A stretch of 64,000 bases of DNA from Octopus vulgaris. Its lineage: Eukaryota. Of the stretch, positions 1 through 13,671 are shown in pieces. Each line of letters starts with the position of its first letter. Position 1 is the first letter of the stretch. Made by a program: the position numbers and the translations under genes. Where the stretch lies: the NCBI GenBank assembly GCA_951406725.2, contig OX597823.1, positions 21,886,001 to 21,950,000 on the forward strand, given 5' to 3'. Below the pieces are notes generated by a model. It made no database searches. It was not told the DNA's origin and saw nothing but the letters and a program-made list of their open reading frames with translations.

Positions 1-1895
1 TGCTCCCTCACCTTTCTAAAGGAAAACATCGTTGAATGCTCATTTTTTTTTTTTTTTTACATTCTGCATATACTAACACACACATGCATATATATATATA
101 TGTATATATATACACATACATACATTCACACATACAAATATACACCTATTACTAAACTATGTTATGTGTAGTAGGGAAAAACTGTTTATTTTCTCCTCCA
201 GTGTGTATATTGCGAGGTATAATATATTCTGTATATAAATGATATATATTTCATACTCGCAGAGATGATGGGGATTTTTCTGTTGTTTTATTGTTTTTTT
301 TTTTATTAAATTTAAATTTTTTTTTTTAAAACTCCTTTACTAGTGACTTTAGAAGCGCATCCTTAATTTGATTCAATGAACTTCCTACGTATAGTAACAT
401 TGTTTGGAATAAATAATTCTATCTTAACAGTTTCCTTTTTTTATTAAGATTCTTTCAGCTTCTCAACCTTTGCAGCAGGTTTTGGTGGGAACGGAGGAGG
501 GCAAGAAAAGAAAAACCTTCAATAATAATAATAATAATAATGATATAATGATGGTGGTGGTGGTGGTGATGGTGATTTTTTTTTTATCCCCTCACCCCCC
601 ATGCCCCATTTTGAAGCAAATACAAGAGGACACCTGGAAGATAATCAAATGTGAATACTCAGCAGGAAATGAATCTAGGTTTCTTAACTATTGCCATCTT
701 GTTCACGTATTGACCTCTCTTGTGAATGTTCGCTCAATTTCTCTTTTAAAGTTGTTCACACCTCCCCTCCTTTTGTTTTTTAATAGGAAATCAACTCAAC
801 CCCTTACAACTTGTCTGCTTATCGCCTTTTGGGATTATCCACTTGATCCTCACCTCCTTTTGGGAGCTATCTTCTCACCTCACTCCTGCTTTATAAACTA
901 TTCATAGGAGTAAATTCTTGCAAGCTTCTCAGCTTGACCTTCTATTGGGGTTATCTGCTCAGTCTTTCCTGTAGCTTTTATATTCGCATCTACTTGGGGT
1001 TCAAATGTAATAATTGTGTTTATAATGATGAGCTCATAGATTAAGCCTTAAAGAAAAATATCAGTTTATCCCCATTACCATTTTACTTTGCTTCCTGTAA
1101 TCTATTGCAAATGAGATCCCTTTTCTAGAAATTTAAATATTTCCTTATTGTTCAACCAATTCTCTTTTTTTATATTTCTTACTGCCAGCCTAACTCAACT
1201 GTGAAGTGAAGAGTGGAACCTATTTGTACACCATGCAGGTTTGAGGATTGCAGAGTTATGTACCTTAGTAACTGAGCTTTTTTTTTTTTTTTTTTTTTGG
1301 TTTTTGGATAACCTAGCTAAGAAATGAGCTCATGATCTTGTGAACAATAGTCCAGCTTGCTAGGCAAATTGCTTTCTTTTACTGTTTGGGTAGTTGTGAT
1401 ATTTAGTATTTACATTCATACCTTTTTACTCTGTTAAAATGTTTTTACTTTAATCTATAGGAAATGGTAGTACCCATAATTTTCACAAACCTTGTAAATC
1501 AAAGATTATGGTTGATGTTAACATTGAGCATGTACGAGTCAATATCTGCAGGAAATATATTGCCAAAGAGAGAATTCCAGAGGATTCACAGTCCAAAGTA
1601 GAAGGATCAGGAAAAGCAGTCACTGAGGGAGAAGAGAGGATACAGTGTGATGAGAAGTATCATCTGGCAGACCTGAGAGAAAGTAGTATCTGTCATATAC
1701 TGGGGTTAATGTGACCATGTGCCAATGAGAAGTTAACTTTAACATTGTTGTCAAAGACTTGGCGTTTGAATCCACTTGATCTACCCAGATTCCTTGACAT
1801 CAGTATTCATTATAGATTTTTTTAACTAGTTAGTCCCTTATAGGTTAAAAACAGAATTCTCGTGCATTTGTGTATGTGGAAATATATGTAAAATA

Positions 1896-1926
<31 letters not shown>

Positions 1927-2039
1927 TATATGTATATAATATATTTTTTATTGGTCTCAGTCAAGAGGCTGAGGCCATGCTGGAACACCACCTCTCAGTG
2001 TGTTTGGATTTCTTTTCTATACTGTTTTTGGTGAAGTAG

Positions 2040-2362
2040 CAAGTTGGACAAAGCTGCTCTTCTTTATGCATCCTGCCATGATGTGGGTTCATCTGGTATC
2101 TTGGATAAAAATTTGTCCAGATGCTCTTTGAAGACCCCCACATCTACACCTTGCAAATCTCTGAGGCTGTTTGGCAGAATGTTGATCAGTTGTGGACCCT
2201 TGAAACCCAAACTGTTACAACATTGGATCCTTATTCTAAGCAGAGAAGCTGGGATCTTTGGCACTATGCAGTGCTTCCAGTTTGGTGGTTGGTATAGTTT
2301 TCAAATCCCAAGTTGGGAGCTAGACCTTCCAGGATCTTCCACATCTATATTACTACATATAC
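2040..2362 (-). mobile_element. Decayed CR1-like LINE, C-terminal ORF2 fragment
   Basis: Minus strand reads WKILEGLAPNLG...PKIP...NSLGFKGPQLINILPNSLRDLQGVDVGVFKEHLDKFLSKIPDEP, a typical post-RT tail of CR1-group LINEs; frameshifted. Confidence 0.7.
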
Positions 2363-2600
2363 GTGGAGACATGTAGCCTAGTGGTTACGGTGTTGCACTT
2401 ACGATCACTAAATCATGGGTTCAACTCCCGGTCTGGGCACCATGTGTTCTTGACCAAAACACTTCATGTTGCTCTCTGATCATTTCGATATCTGAGGTGT
2501 GGTACACTTATGCATCTGTACAGGCATTTGATCACTATAAGCAAATCATTCTTGCTGGTTGTTCAGCAAAAACTGAAGACTCGTTTGTCATCTTTCATGG
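2363..2600 (+). mobile_element. tRNA-derived SINE (old copy)
   Basis: A-box-like TAGCCTAGTGG and B-box GGTTCAACTCC, followed by a GTGTTCTTGACCAAAACACTT core. Confidence 0.65.
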
Positions 2601-3266
2601 GCAATTCCATCATATAAAATATGTGTATACATATATTTATGCAAATGTATATGTTATATATATATATATATATAATCTTTGTATAATGTGTATGATTGAG
2701 AAGTGCTAATGCATGAAACTCTAGGCCCTTGAGTCACTGTGCTGCCAAATATTGATAGAAACAATAAAATATATGGATGTATATGATGGAATATAGTATT
2801 ACAAGTAAGAGGTATTAATCTTCATGATTGACTGGTTTCTGTGTAAAAAAAAAATGTTTTTATCACCAAGCCAGTCTGAGACCAAGTAGACCTATGAACA
2901 TAGACATTCTAGCTGTGACCATCCTACCATTTTGTATATAGGGGACTACATTGCCCAATGTATCTTTATTTTTGTCTTTTTTTAAGCTGAGAAAGTGTGA
3001 TTTGAGCCATATCTAGTAGATGAAGCAGTAACTTTGCAGAGTCTCTTTTGTTGGTTCATATGTATAAGCTTGTTTTCATTGATGGGGGATGAATTTTAAC
3101 ATTTCAGGCAGGGCTCTTTGAAGATGTTCTGAAAGTGCTGAATAAGTGGGACAATCTTCTTCATAGGCTATGAGGTCTCTTGACCTGCTAGACATAACAA
3201 CCAAATTCCCTCAGATCACAATCTTCTACCAAGCAAAAGGACATGTTGAACAATGTAGACCTAGAT

Positions 3267-3450
3267 CAGTAGTTCCCAAACAGTGCATTGTGACACTGGT
3301 ATGCAGTGAGATGTAACTAGGCATACTGTGAAATTAATAAAATTATCTCCAAAAAATGTGTAAACTACAAATGAAATTCTAACTATAAAGTCTTGATAAC
3401 TATGCTTCACTTATTGAATAAAGAAATTAATTGATTTTCTCTGGTTTAAA
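3267..3450 (+). mobile_element. hAT (Charlie-like) MITE fragment
   Basis: Begins CAGTAGTTCCCAAA, like the TIR of the intact element at 36580; right end not found. Confidence 0.35.
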
Positions 3451-3495
3451 TTATTTGAATGTAGGCAGACAGGATCTTCAGGCAAGTTGTGACAA

Positions 3496-3543
3496 CTTGC
3501 CTGAAGATCCTGTGTGTGTACAAGTGAAACTCAGAGTAGCAGG
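3496..3543 (+). ncRNA. Type-I hammerhead ribozyme motif (Penelope-like)
   Basis: CTTGC-CTGAAGA-T-CCTGTG tgtg TACAAG-T-GAAA-CTC a GAG-TA-GCAGG: stem I CTTGC/GCAGG, canonical CUGANGA and GAAA, GUA cleavage triplet; stem II imperfect. Confidence 0.65.
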
Positions 3544-3661
3544 AGGCTAACTCGACCAAAATAAAATATTAATCTCTACCATGGAATTGAGTATTTTTTT
3601 TTTCTGACAGTTGATACCAAATGGATATATATATGTGTTATATATATTTATATATATATAT

Positions 3662-3938
3662 ATCATCGTTTAACATCCGTTTTCCATGCTAGCATGGGTT
3701 GGACGGTTTGACCGGGGTCTGGGAAGCCAGGAGGCTGCACCAGGCTCCAGTCTGATCTGGCAGTGTTTCTACAGCTGGATGCCCTTCCTAACGCCAACCA
3801 CTCCGTGAGTGTAGTGAGTGCTTTTTACGTGCCACCGGCACGGGCAAGAGGAGGCTGGCAAACAGCCATGATCGGTTGGTGCTTTTGTGTGTCACGGACG
3901 CCTGTCAGGTGGTGCTGGCATCTGCCACGTTCGGACGG

Positions 3939-3945
<7 letters not shown>
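3662..3945 (-). mobile_element. RTE LINE 3' end (5'-truncated)
   Basis: Matches the 3' UTR of the RTE at 39091-39812, including the (GAT)n tail and GGATGCCCTTCCTAACGCCAACCACTCC. Confidence 0.85.
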
Positions 3946-3982
<37 letters not shown>

Positions 3983-4744
3983 ATGTACAAATTGTGCTAA
4001 AAAATTTTATTTGTTCTACAATACAGTCTTGAAACCTCTGTCCTAGATATACAAAAAAGAGGGGATAGTGAAGTTTGGATTTGGCTTTGATCATAAATCT
4101 GCTTAGTCATGGTTGACCTGTGGCTAAACATCAGCTATCACCTCCAAATTTTCTCAGTCTAGCATTTCTCTTACTAGTTACTGTAGATTCTGTAACAACA
4201 TGGGAAGACTTGGTCAGGAGTCTGGTTTTGCCATTTTTTGTTGTTTCTTTTTGAAGTCAAAGCTCCTGCATAAAACTTACATTGTTTAGGAAATGGGTTC
4301 TCTTGTCATCTTACCCGTTATTGATGCCCCATGTCTAATAAATCTCATTTTAGACACTATATTCTGTCATCCATCTCACCATTATCTCTTTTCCTTTTCT
4401 TCTCATTCTCCTTCTTCTATTTTCAGTTTAACTCCATTTTCTTTTTCCTTCCATTTCAAACTCATCAAAAATATGTTTAGGTGATTTCTGTGGTACAAAC
4501 TTCATTTGACACTCTAACATTTTTATAACTTAATTTTATTTTATGATTTTTGAATTGATTAAAATAATAAATTGTTGGCTGATTGCTTATCATGAAATCT
4601 GTTTTTGCCCCCCTCTTTTTAATGACAAGTATCTGTTCTTTTGATTCTTTGAAGCATAATGGTTATTTGATAATTTCTCTTCCTTTTTCTTTTTTTTTCT
4701 TTTTTATTTACACAGTTTCCTTGCCTTTTTATCAAACTCTGTGT

Positions 4745-4861
4745 TTAGAGAGAAAGAAACACATGAGATTCGCACATGTCAATAGTAATTTTATTATTCC
4801 AATGTTTATTCAGCTGTAACGTCCCAGCAGTTTGCAGCAGAAATTTGATATAGAAGTTGAC
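4745..4861 (-). CDS. Candidate terminal coding exon of an unidentified small gene
   Basis: Acceptor cactaattgctgtaatttgtag| with a CTAAT branch-like site; phase-0 frame VNFYIKFLLQTAGTLQLNKHWNNKITIDMCESHVFLSL* is compatible with the donor at 7167; no recognised homology. Confidence 0.3.
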   Translation of the reverse strand, partial: VNFYIKFLLQTAGTLQLNKHWNNKITIDMCESHVFLSL

Positions 4862-5419
4862 CTACAAATTACAGCAATTAGTGAAGTCAGCCAAAGAGAA
4901 AACCTCTTCTTAATCGGTTTGACTGCTATTTCTAGCAAGTAAATTTCCTCTAAATCACATCTTAACATTTTTATAAAGAGAGGTGGGGAGAAAGAGAAAT
5001 TAAACATGATAACCATTGTCTTTCACTTGCTATCCCATCATGCTACCCTATTCAGTTTCCTTCCCAATAGTCAACATGTAGTTATCATGATGACTCTTAG
5101 TCTCTTCCCTAGTATCCTTTCACTCTTATTACTCCCCCCCCCCAACCCATCATGTTCATAGTCTCTCTTCTCTTCAATTTCTTGATCACATTTGCTCTAA
5201 GTGAACATAGAATAGAGATGTTTTAGTTTTGCAGAAAATAAAGCAGCTTCTCTATTGTTGGTATTAGTAACACTGTAAAGTGACTGGAAAATGAATGATT
5301 ACAAGAAAGGATAGATGGGGTTTTTTAGTTTTGCTGGGGATAAGACAACTTGTCTAGAGCTTGTCAGGATAAGATGCTCTCAATAGGGAAGGAATACTGT
5401 TAAGGAATTGATTTGTTAA

Positions 5420-6040
5420 AACCCTTTGAACATTGGGCCCCATAGAGGCAATAACAAGTGACTGTTACTTTTGGCGGTGTCGGTGGCATGTAAAAAGCAC
5501 CCACTACACTCATGGAGTGGTTGGCGTTAGGAAGGGCATCCAGCCGTAGAAACATTGCCAGATCAGACTGGGCCTGGTGCAGCCTTCTGGCTTCCCAGAC
5601 CCCAGTTGCACCGTCCAACCCATGCCGGTATGGAAAGCGGACGCTAAACGATGATGATGATGATGCTGTGCTTGAGGAGGCCCATCAAGCCAAACAGAAC
5701 TGTAGTCGTGGCCGATGCTGGTGTCACATAACGGGTACGTAAAAAGCACCCTTTGAACGTTGGGCCTCATGGAGGTGTAAGTGACTGAGACCTTTGGCAA
5801 TATGCTATGCTTGAGAAGACTTGTCAAGCCAACTGTAGTTGTGGCTGATACTGGTACTTGTGCTGGTGGCATATGAAAAGCACCCATTGGACTCTTGGAG
5901 TGGTTGCTGTTAGGAAGGGCATCCAATGGCAGAAACTACATCAGATCAGATTGGAACCTGGTGCAGCTCTCCAGTTTACCAGTTTCAGTTAAGCTGTCCG
6001 ATCCATGCCAGCATGGAAAGCAGACACTAAATGATGGTGA
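5420..6040 (+). mobile_element. Two tandem RTE 3'-UTR fragments
   Basis: GGTTGGCGTTAGGAAGGGCATCCAGCCGTAGAAAC...(GAT)n at about 5520-5665 and again at about 5900-6040. Confidence 0.8.
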
Positions 6041-6524
6041 TGTGTGTCAAAATGTGAAATACTTGATCAAGACTTGGTCAGTCCTCTGATTCATTTAGGA
6101 GAGCAATAACTAAAGAGAAACTGGTTTGGACTGTGATAACGCATCTAACTCATACTGGCATAGAAAAGAGATGTAAAATGATGACTCATTTGTTAATTTA
6201 GCCCCAGTTATATTATTATGTCTGAATAACAGGCATGATGGTCATTTATGGAACACGTTTGATCACAGTGAATTCATCAATGAAGGAATGAATGTAAGGG
6301 TGTTGGGAGACAGCCAAAACAGTAAAACTTTAAACTGAATACGTTTTTCTTTTACAATGTTTTATGTTCCTACGTTGCCTGTATTAACTTCGCATCTCAG
6401 TATTGTAGGGTTGGTCAACTATTATAAATATCAGTATTAGAATTGATTCAATAAATCGTACCACACCTGGCCAGGTATTCATTCTTTCCTCATTCAAAGC
6501 TAATTGGTTAAACAAGAGCTCTCA

Positions 6525-6830
6525 GGTGCTGGCATGGTTGTGTGGTTCAGAAGCTTTCTTTGCAACTGTGGTTTCAGGTTCAATCTCACTGCATGGTATA
6601 ATGTGCATGTATCTTCTGTTATAGCCCCAGGTCAACCAATGCCTTATAAGTGAATTTGATTAACTGAAACTGTGGAAGCCTGTTGTGTGTGTCTGTCCAC
6701 CTCTTGATAACTGGTGTTGCTTTGTTTGTCCTGATAACTTAGCAGTTTGGCAAAAGAGACTAACAGAATAAATATGGGAGTCAACATATTTGACTAAAAC
6801 TCTGTAGTCCAGTGCTCGAAATAAAAAAAT
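6525..6830 (+). mobile_element. SINE family A (old copy)
   Basis: Diverged match to the 15256-15651 copy. Confidence 0.7.
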
Positions 6831-7166
6831 AAAAAAATTTAGAACATTTGAAGCCAGTGACAGAATTTATAAACCTGTTTTAATCGGAAACTGACCTCTT
6901 TTTTTATTTTTCTATTTTATGCTTAAAATCAGTCGTATTAAAATCTTAAGTTAATTCACTCTTTAAGCCAATTCTTCCTGTTATCCACCCCCAGATACTT
7001 GCCTTCCTCTCATCCTCTTTAGAAACTAAATTGAAGTACTTCAGTCTCTTTGGATAATCCTTTCTTTGTGTTAGACTAAACATATTTCACAAATCTGATG
7101 CATTAATACAAGGGGAGAACCTGAGCTGATGTGTGGTGATTAGAAAACCCTCAAATCACACTATAC

Positions 7167-7318
7167 TGTCTTTGAAAAGGTTCCAACTGGAACATCTTTG
7201 TGATTATAGATATGCTTGGTCCAGGGGCCAAACAGCTGCAAACCATTACAAATGCTTGTTCCTATAGAACAGCCAGAAATTTCATAACTGTGTAGTAATG
7301 CCTGCTCTTCCTCTGTGT
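7167..7318 (-). CDS. Candidate internal coding exon (152 nt) of an unidentified gene
   Basis: Non-repetitive block bounded by AG| and |GTATAG; only the phase-1 frame is open: (x)TEEEQALLHSYEISGCSIGTSICNGLQLFGPWTKHIYNHKDVPVGTFSKT; acceptor abuts (TA)n. Confidence 0.4.
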
Positions 7319-7961
7319 CTATATATATATATATATAAATTGGAGATAAAACCATTATTTTAACAGTTTGGCAAAGAGACCGATAGAGTAAGTACCAGGC
7401 TTACAAAGGGGTTGATTTGTTCGACTAAAGGTGGTACTCCAGCATGGCCACAGTCAAATGACTGGAAAAGGTGAAAGAATATAAGAAACCTGAACATCAC
7501 TCTATACAGAGTGTCGTGTAAACATTCATAGACACACATTATTTTTATTTCTATGTTTCTAGGTTTTTCACTGTTTGATTTGCCTAATAGTGGTTTTATC
7601 TCTAATTTAATTTATATTTATACTGTAAAATTAGATTTAATCCTAAATCTAATTTTTCCCTGTAAGTTTGGATTTACTCCCTAATATTATATATATATAT
7701 AAATACACACAACTGGAAATAGGTGAGGGTTGATGACCAGAAGGGCATCTTACTGTAGGAAAATCTGCCTAATCAAAATAACATTCCATCTGACTCATGG
7801 CAAGGTGGACATTAAACAGATGGTGGTTATATATATGTTTATATATTTGGTATTTAACACTTTGTCCTTCCTCTTATCAACCCCTTACTCTTCAAGTAAG
7901 GGATATATTTTTTTTTATTCTATTGCTATTTGAATGCATGGAATTACAGATTGTATTATTT

Positions 7962-8265
7962 GCAGGAGTGGCTGTGTGGTAAGAAGCTTGCTTCCCAACC
8001 ACATGGTTTCGGGTTCAACCCCACTGTGTAGCAACTTGGGCAAATGTCCTCTACTATAGTCTCAGTTTGGCCAAAGCCTCATGAGTGGATTTGGTAGATG
8101 GAAACTGAAAGAAGCCTGTCGTATAAATATATATAAATATTGTGTGTCTGTGTGTTTACATCCCCGTAACTTAGCAGTTTGGCAAAGAGACCGATAGAGT
8201 AAGTACCAGGCTTACAAAGCTTACATGGCCGCAGTCAAATGACTGAAACAGGTGAAAGAATATAA
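7962..8265 (+). mobile_element. SINE family A
   Basis: Head GCAGGAGTGGCTGTGTGGTAAG with B box GGTTCAACCC; tail CAGTCAAATGACTGAAACA. Confidence 0.85.
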
Positions 8266-9563
8266 GAAACCTGAACATCACTTTATACAGAGTGTCATGT
8301 GTAAACATTCATAGACACACATCTTCATATACGTATGTATATATATGATACACTTATCAATTTCATTCACAAAGCATTTGTTAACTCGAGGCTATAATGA
8401 AAGATGCTTGCCCAAGGTGCCTTGCATTGGGATCGAAACTGAAACCATGTAGTTATAAAGGAAACTCCATATCCATACAACCAAGCCTGAGCCTATTTTC
8501 TGAATGCATGCTTCGTAGTTTGGTTTAAAAATTCACCTCGCCGTCATGTGATTTTGGGTTCAGTTCCTCCGTGTGGCATCTAGGGCAGGTATCTTCTATA
8601 ACTTCCAGCTGACTAAAGACTTGTGAGTAGATTTGGTTGATGAAAACTGAAAGAAGTTTGTCTTATGTTTAAGTGGTTGGCTTTAGGAAGAACATCTGAC
8701 CCTTGAAACTTATGACAATACTGGGCCAGTTTGAACATGTTCTAGTCCTGCTGAATTGTCCAATACATGGAATGTGAAATGATGATATATATATATGAGT
8801 GGTTGTATCTAATTGTCTTGGCATTGCATGCTAATCGTACACAGATACTACCATCATACTAGCAGTGCTGTTCATTTGCAATCTTCCACAAAAACATGCC
8901 CAGCCATTGAGCTGTTTGTGCTTGAAGGACTTGAAGAAATATTACTTTGCTTAGAAATGGGTGAGGTTTGGCAACAGAAAGAGCACTTAGCTGAAAAGTA
9001 TCTGCTGTAACGACTTTCTTTTGATCCATATATGCACTGAAAAGTGGACTTTAGAAATCAGTCTTGTGTGTGGACTTGGTTGACAGAAGCTGAAAGAAAT
9101 CTGCCATGTATATATGTTTGTGTACATGGGTATGTGTGATCTGAGCATGTGTGTGTGCCTCTGTCTATAGATCAAAATAGTTGTAAACAAGCTTCACTAT
9201 CATACAAGAAATATCCTTTGTCCTCAAGATGGACTTCAGTTTGAACAATTTTCATGTTTCATATTTAGCTGCTTTTTAGTAAATCCATTCAGTTGTTAAA
9301 CATGAATAAATCTTGGAATTAAATGGCTTTGATTTACAGTCAGGTAACTTTTGGCCAATCCTATATATGGCAGTAGTGTCATTCTATGCACTCACGGTAC
9401 CCTTATACAACGTGGCAGTGCTGTTTTATATATAGTAGCAGTCATTCGATAAAGTGGGAGTGCTGTAACATGTAAGTGGACAATCAATTATGAATAGTTG
9501 CAGTGTTATAATATGCAGCATCAATATCCATATGTACAATAGCAGTGGGATTATATACAGTAG

Positions 9564-9955
9564 TAAGGTGGTGAGCTGGCAGAAACCTTATCAGGCTGGG
9601 CGAAATGCTTAGCGGTATTTCATCTGTCTTTATGTTCTGTGTTCAAATTCTACTGAGGTTGACTTTGCCTTTCATCCTTTCAGAGTCGATAAATTAAGTA
9701 CCAGTTACACACTGGAGTCGATGTAATTCACTTAACCCCTTTGTTTGTCCCCTCTATATTTAGCCCCTTGTGGCTAGTAAAGAAATAGGTATTTCATCTG
9801 TCTGTATGTTCTGAGTTCAAATTTTGCTGAGATTGACTTTGCTTTTCATCCTTTCGGGGTCGATAAATTAAGAATCGGTTGCTTACTGGGGTCGATCTAA
9901 TCGACTGGCCCCACTCCCCTAAAATTTCAGGACTTGTGCCTAGAGTAGAAAAGGA
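9564..9955 (+). mobile_element. SINE family B: complete B1 copy followed by a truncated B2 copy
   Basis: TAAGGTGGTGAGCTGGCAGAAAC head, GTTCAAATTC B box, GCCTTTCATCCTTTC...GTCGATAAATTAAGTACCAG core; two different tails. Confidence 0.85.
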
Positions 9956-11174
9956 ATAATGAACATCAAAACGATGATGATATATGCATGTTGTTTAACC
10001 CAAGGTCAACTTATGATCAAAAGTGTGACATTTCTAACCTTTTTTTAAGCTTTGCATATCTATGATTATTATATTATCCAAAGTGTCCCTTCTCTTTTCA
10101 AAATAGTCAAATGTAACTTGAGGGAGATTTGGTTGCTATTTCCTGCTGCTTGAGTGACCACTTAGAGCACCCTCCAGTTAGCTCAGAATTCATGATGCAG
10201 AGCGACCTTGTAGTGCTGACTGAAGTTAGACATTTTAGGAAGCTATAACCATGATGATGCCCCAGCATGGCCACAGCTGGTTGGATGTTCAAGGTGTGCA
10301 TTATCAGACAAATTGCCAGAATCCTTGGGATAAGTTTATCTGGGTTATGGGAGATGAATCTCCTACTGAGATAAAAGGTTGATACCCAACAGCTTTGTAT
10401 TATATATTCTGTATTTCTTTTCTAGCTGCTAGAGAACTTGAACTCTGGACTGTAAATGCATGAACCACTTAATTTCATACTGTCACCATGGCTTACAGTG
10501 GTGGGTTGTATACACACTACCTCTGGCACAACTTGCAGCTGGAGATGACGGTGTTGTTGAGAGTCAAATCTCTTAGTTACTGACATGTCCTAATCTCAAT
10601 CCAAGATCCACTGGCTCAATATCTTCACAACCAAATATGGTTTCAAATCTTAGGGGAAGTTGATCACTAGCCAGGGGGCGGTAGGGGCTGTCCACCCCGG
10701 GTGACACTTTTCATTCTGTTGTAGGCTATTGCAGCGAGCTGGCAGAAATGTTAGCACGCCTGGCAAAATGCTTAGCAGTATTTCATCTGTCTTACATGGT
10801 TTTTGTGGGGTCCGGGGGTGGGGGACAGCAAATGGAAGGGCCACCATGGGCAGCACTTTCTCTAGCTAGTGATTACATTGTGAATACACTAGTGATTACA
10901 TTGACTCGATCCTAGTACTTGCCCGGTATTTATTTATCGACACCAAAAAGATGAATGGCAAAGCTGACCATAACAATATTTGAATTCAGAACCTAAAGAT
11001 GGATTGAACTCCACAAAGCATTCTGTCTGGTGTGGCAGTAATTCTGTCAGCTCATTACCTTTCTTCACAACCTAATATAGAGATCTTTGGAGCCTTTATA
11101 TGACCTCATTACTTGCTGGAAATAACAACTGAATTTTACTCATTACATCTAGCCTTAAATAAGAAAAGGAAACA

Positions 11175-11500
11175 TTATGGCTCAGTGGTTAGAGCATTGA
11201 GCTTGCAGTCACAAGGTAATGAGTTTGATTCCCAGACTGGTCTCTGTGTTCATTTTATTTCATGTTGCTCCAGTTCACTCAGCTGTAGAAATGAGTTGCA
11301 ATGTCATCACTGGTGCCAAGCTGTATCAGCCTTTGCTTTTCCCTTGGATAACATTAGTAACATGGAGAGGGGAGGCTGGTATGCATGGGCGGCTGCTGGT
11401 CTTCCATACAAAACCTTGCCCAGACTTGTACCTTGAAGGGGAACTTTCTAGGTGGCATCCCATGGTCATTCAAGACCAAGGGGGTCTTTACCCTTACAAT
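11175..11500 (+). mobile_element. tRNA-derived SINE (additional family)
   Basis: TGGCTCAGTGGTTAGAGCA A box and GAGTTTGATTCC B-box-like motif. Confidence 0.6.
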
Positions 11501-12027
11501 ATATATCGTTAAAAAAAGGGGTGGTCACATTAGATAATGTCATTCTAGATACCACAAAAGACAAGAATGTCTTCGTTTGCTTGATGAGATTTATCTGGAC
11601 TATACCTGACCTAATGAGTCACAGAACACTCGACATATCTACTCCCTTGCCACCATCCTAATTCTACTAGCTCCCTGTCCTAGCATTTATGTCATTCCCG
11701 TGCAGGCTTCTCTAATTTTGAAATTGATGTTGTTGAGGTGTAGCTTTGATTTGTATGTCACTCTGACTGAGATTGGTGGACTATTACCATTATGCTGGTC
11801 TCACATCATCATCATCATTTAACGTCCGCTTTCCATGCTACCCTGTAAAATGTTATGAAGTGGCAGTATGCCAAAGAACATGGAAACGGGATAGCAGTGA
11901 GAAATTTTAGATCACCACCTACTGAGATGATTTGCCAGTAGAGGAAGTAAGTGAAAGAATTAAAAATTGTGAAAAACAAATGTGTAATCTTTATTAAATA
12001 TCAGCAAAATGGCCATACTTCTACTTA

Positions 12028-12500
12028 TCATCATCATCATTTAATGTCCGCTTTCCATGCTGGCATGGGTTGGACGGTTTGACTGAGGACTGGTGAGCCG
12101 GAGGCTGCACCAGGCTCAATCTGATCTGACAATGTTTCTACAGCTGGATGCCCTTCCTAACGCCAACCACTCCGAGAGTGTAGTGGGTGCTTTTACATGA
12201 CACTGGCATGAGGGCCTGTCAGGCAGTTCTGGCAATGACCACGCTCAAAAGGTGTTTTTTATGTGTTACCTGCATGGGAGCCAGTCTGGCAGTGCTGGCA
12301 ATGACCACGCTTGAATGGTGTTTTTCACATACCGGTAAGACGACACTGGCAATGATCATGCTTGAATGGTGCTTTGCACGTGCCACTGGCACAGGAGTGA
12401 CCCTGGCAGCAATCATGCTCGGATGGTGCTCTTAACATTCCACTGGCACGAATGCCAATCAGGCAGTGCTGTCATCAGCCACGTCAGCGATTTTGATTTT
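12028..12500 (-). mobile_element. RTE 3' UTR with decayed hairpin-repeat array
   Basis: (CAT)n tail plus about 5 degenerate GGTGCTTTTAC...CTGGCAATGACCACGCT units. Confidence 0.85.
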
Positions 12501-12583
12501 ATGGAAAATATTTTTCATTACTGTCAAAAACACAACAACCCATTTACATAGAAACAGAGTATTATATTAAAGATGTATTATAT

Positions 12584-12816
12584 TAAGGCGGTGAGCTGGC
12601 AGAAACGTTAGCACGCCGGGCGAAATGCTTAGCGGTATTTCGTCTGCCGTTATGTTCTGAGTTCAAATTCCGCCGAGGTCGACTTTGCCTTTCATCCTTT
12701 CGGGGTCGATAAATTAAGTACCAGTTACGCACTGGGGTCGATGTAATCGACTTAATCCCTTTGCCTGTCCTTGTTTATCCCCTCTGTGTTTAGCCCCTTG
12801 TGGGTAGTAAAGAAAT
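12584..12816 (+). mobile_element. SINE family B1 (young)
   Basis: Near-consensus copy; TATATTAAAGATGT repeated on both flanks (probable TSD). Confidence 0.9.
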
Positions 12817-13344
12817 ATATATTAAAGATGTCCAGTTTTTTAAAAAATTGATGATTGGTGTTGGTTAAAGCTTGACCACACAATTAAGCAGGGCCCTGTG
12901 TTGTACACACTGGGTGATTGGTAGCAGTTGTTGGTACCAGTTAGCTGATAGGTGGTCAGTAGCAACAAGATGTGGTATGACTGCCACGGTGTATTGCAAG
13001 AATAATTACAGGACAGGTAAAGCAAACAACGTAGTGTTGTATACTGTAATAATGGTCAGCGACTGACCACAAGGTAGGTGGCCATTGTCTGGTGATTTCA
13101 CTCATTGATGAACATAAGCACAACTGCTGATTTGTTCAATTTTGTCGAGTTGCAGGCATTTAGCATGTAACCATTTCACGTGCATTGGGTTTTGGTTAGT
13201 ATAAAAAATTTTTTCCTTGAATTACATTTCCAGAATCAGGGTTTGATGCACCAAAATCTGATATATGTGTATTTATACATACTACTTGTATACACACCTG
13301 CCCACCCATATATATATGTGTGTGTGTGTGTGATTGATGGCTAA

Positions 13345-13515
13345 ATACACAAGTTTTTTCATTCTCTCACTGTTTATTTCCTCATATTCCTTTCTGCTGA
13401 AGAGCATAGGCTCAAAACATGAAAGGCTTTCTCACTTTCCCTTGCATCAAACTAATACACCTGCTTGTTGTTTATACACCTGTCTTTATCTTTTATTTTT
13501 CTGTAAAGTTCAACT
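13345..13515 (+). mobile_element. Short hammerhead-like repeat, family E2 (diverged)
   Basis: Homologous to 14940-15135; CCTTT-CTGCTGA-A-GAGCATAGGCTC-AAAACATG-AAAGG at 13389-13426. Confidence 0.5.
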
Positions 13516-13535
13516 ATATATATATATATACATGC

Positions 13536-13566
<31 letters not shown>

Positions 13567-13671
13567 TATATGCATATGTATCATGTATGTATACTCACAG
13601 ACATATTTATATATTCTTTTATTCTTTCTCTTGTTTTAGTCATTTGACTGTGGCAATACTGGAGCACTGAT

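Noticed and set aside
440-1714. Possible plus-strand exons (acceptors near 458, 1188, 1460; ORFs 470-907 and 1508-1714)
   Set aside because: Splice-like signals exist, but there is no consistent open frame or recognisable protein; could be UTR or lncRNA, which cannot be supported from sequence alone
9365-9560. Faint GCAGTG-periodic minisatellite
   Set aside because: Too degenerate to define a unit by eye
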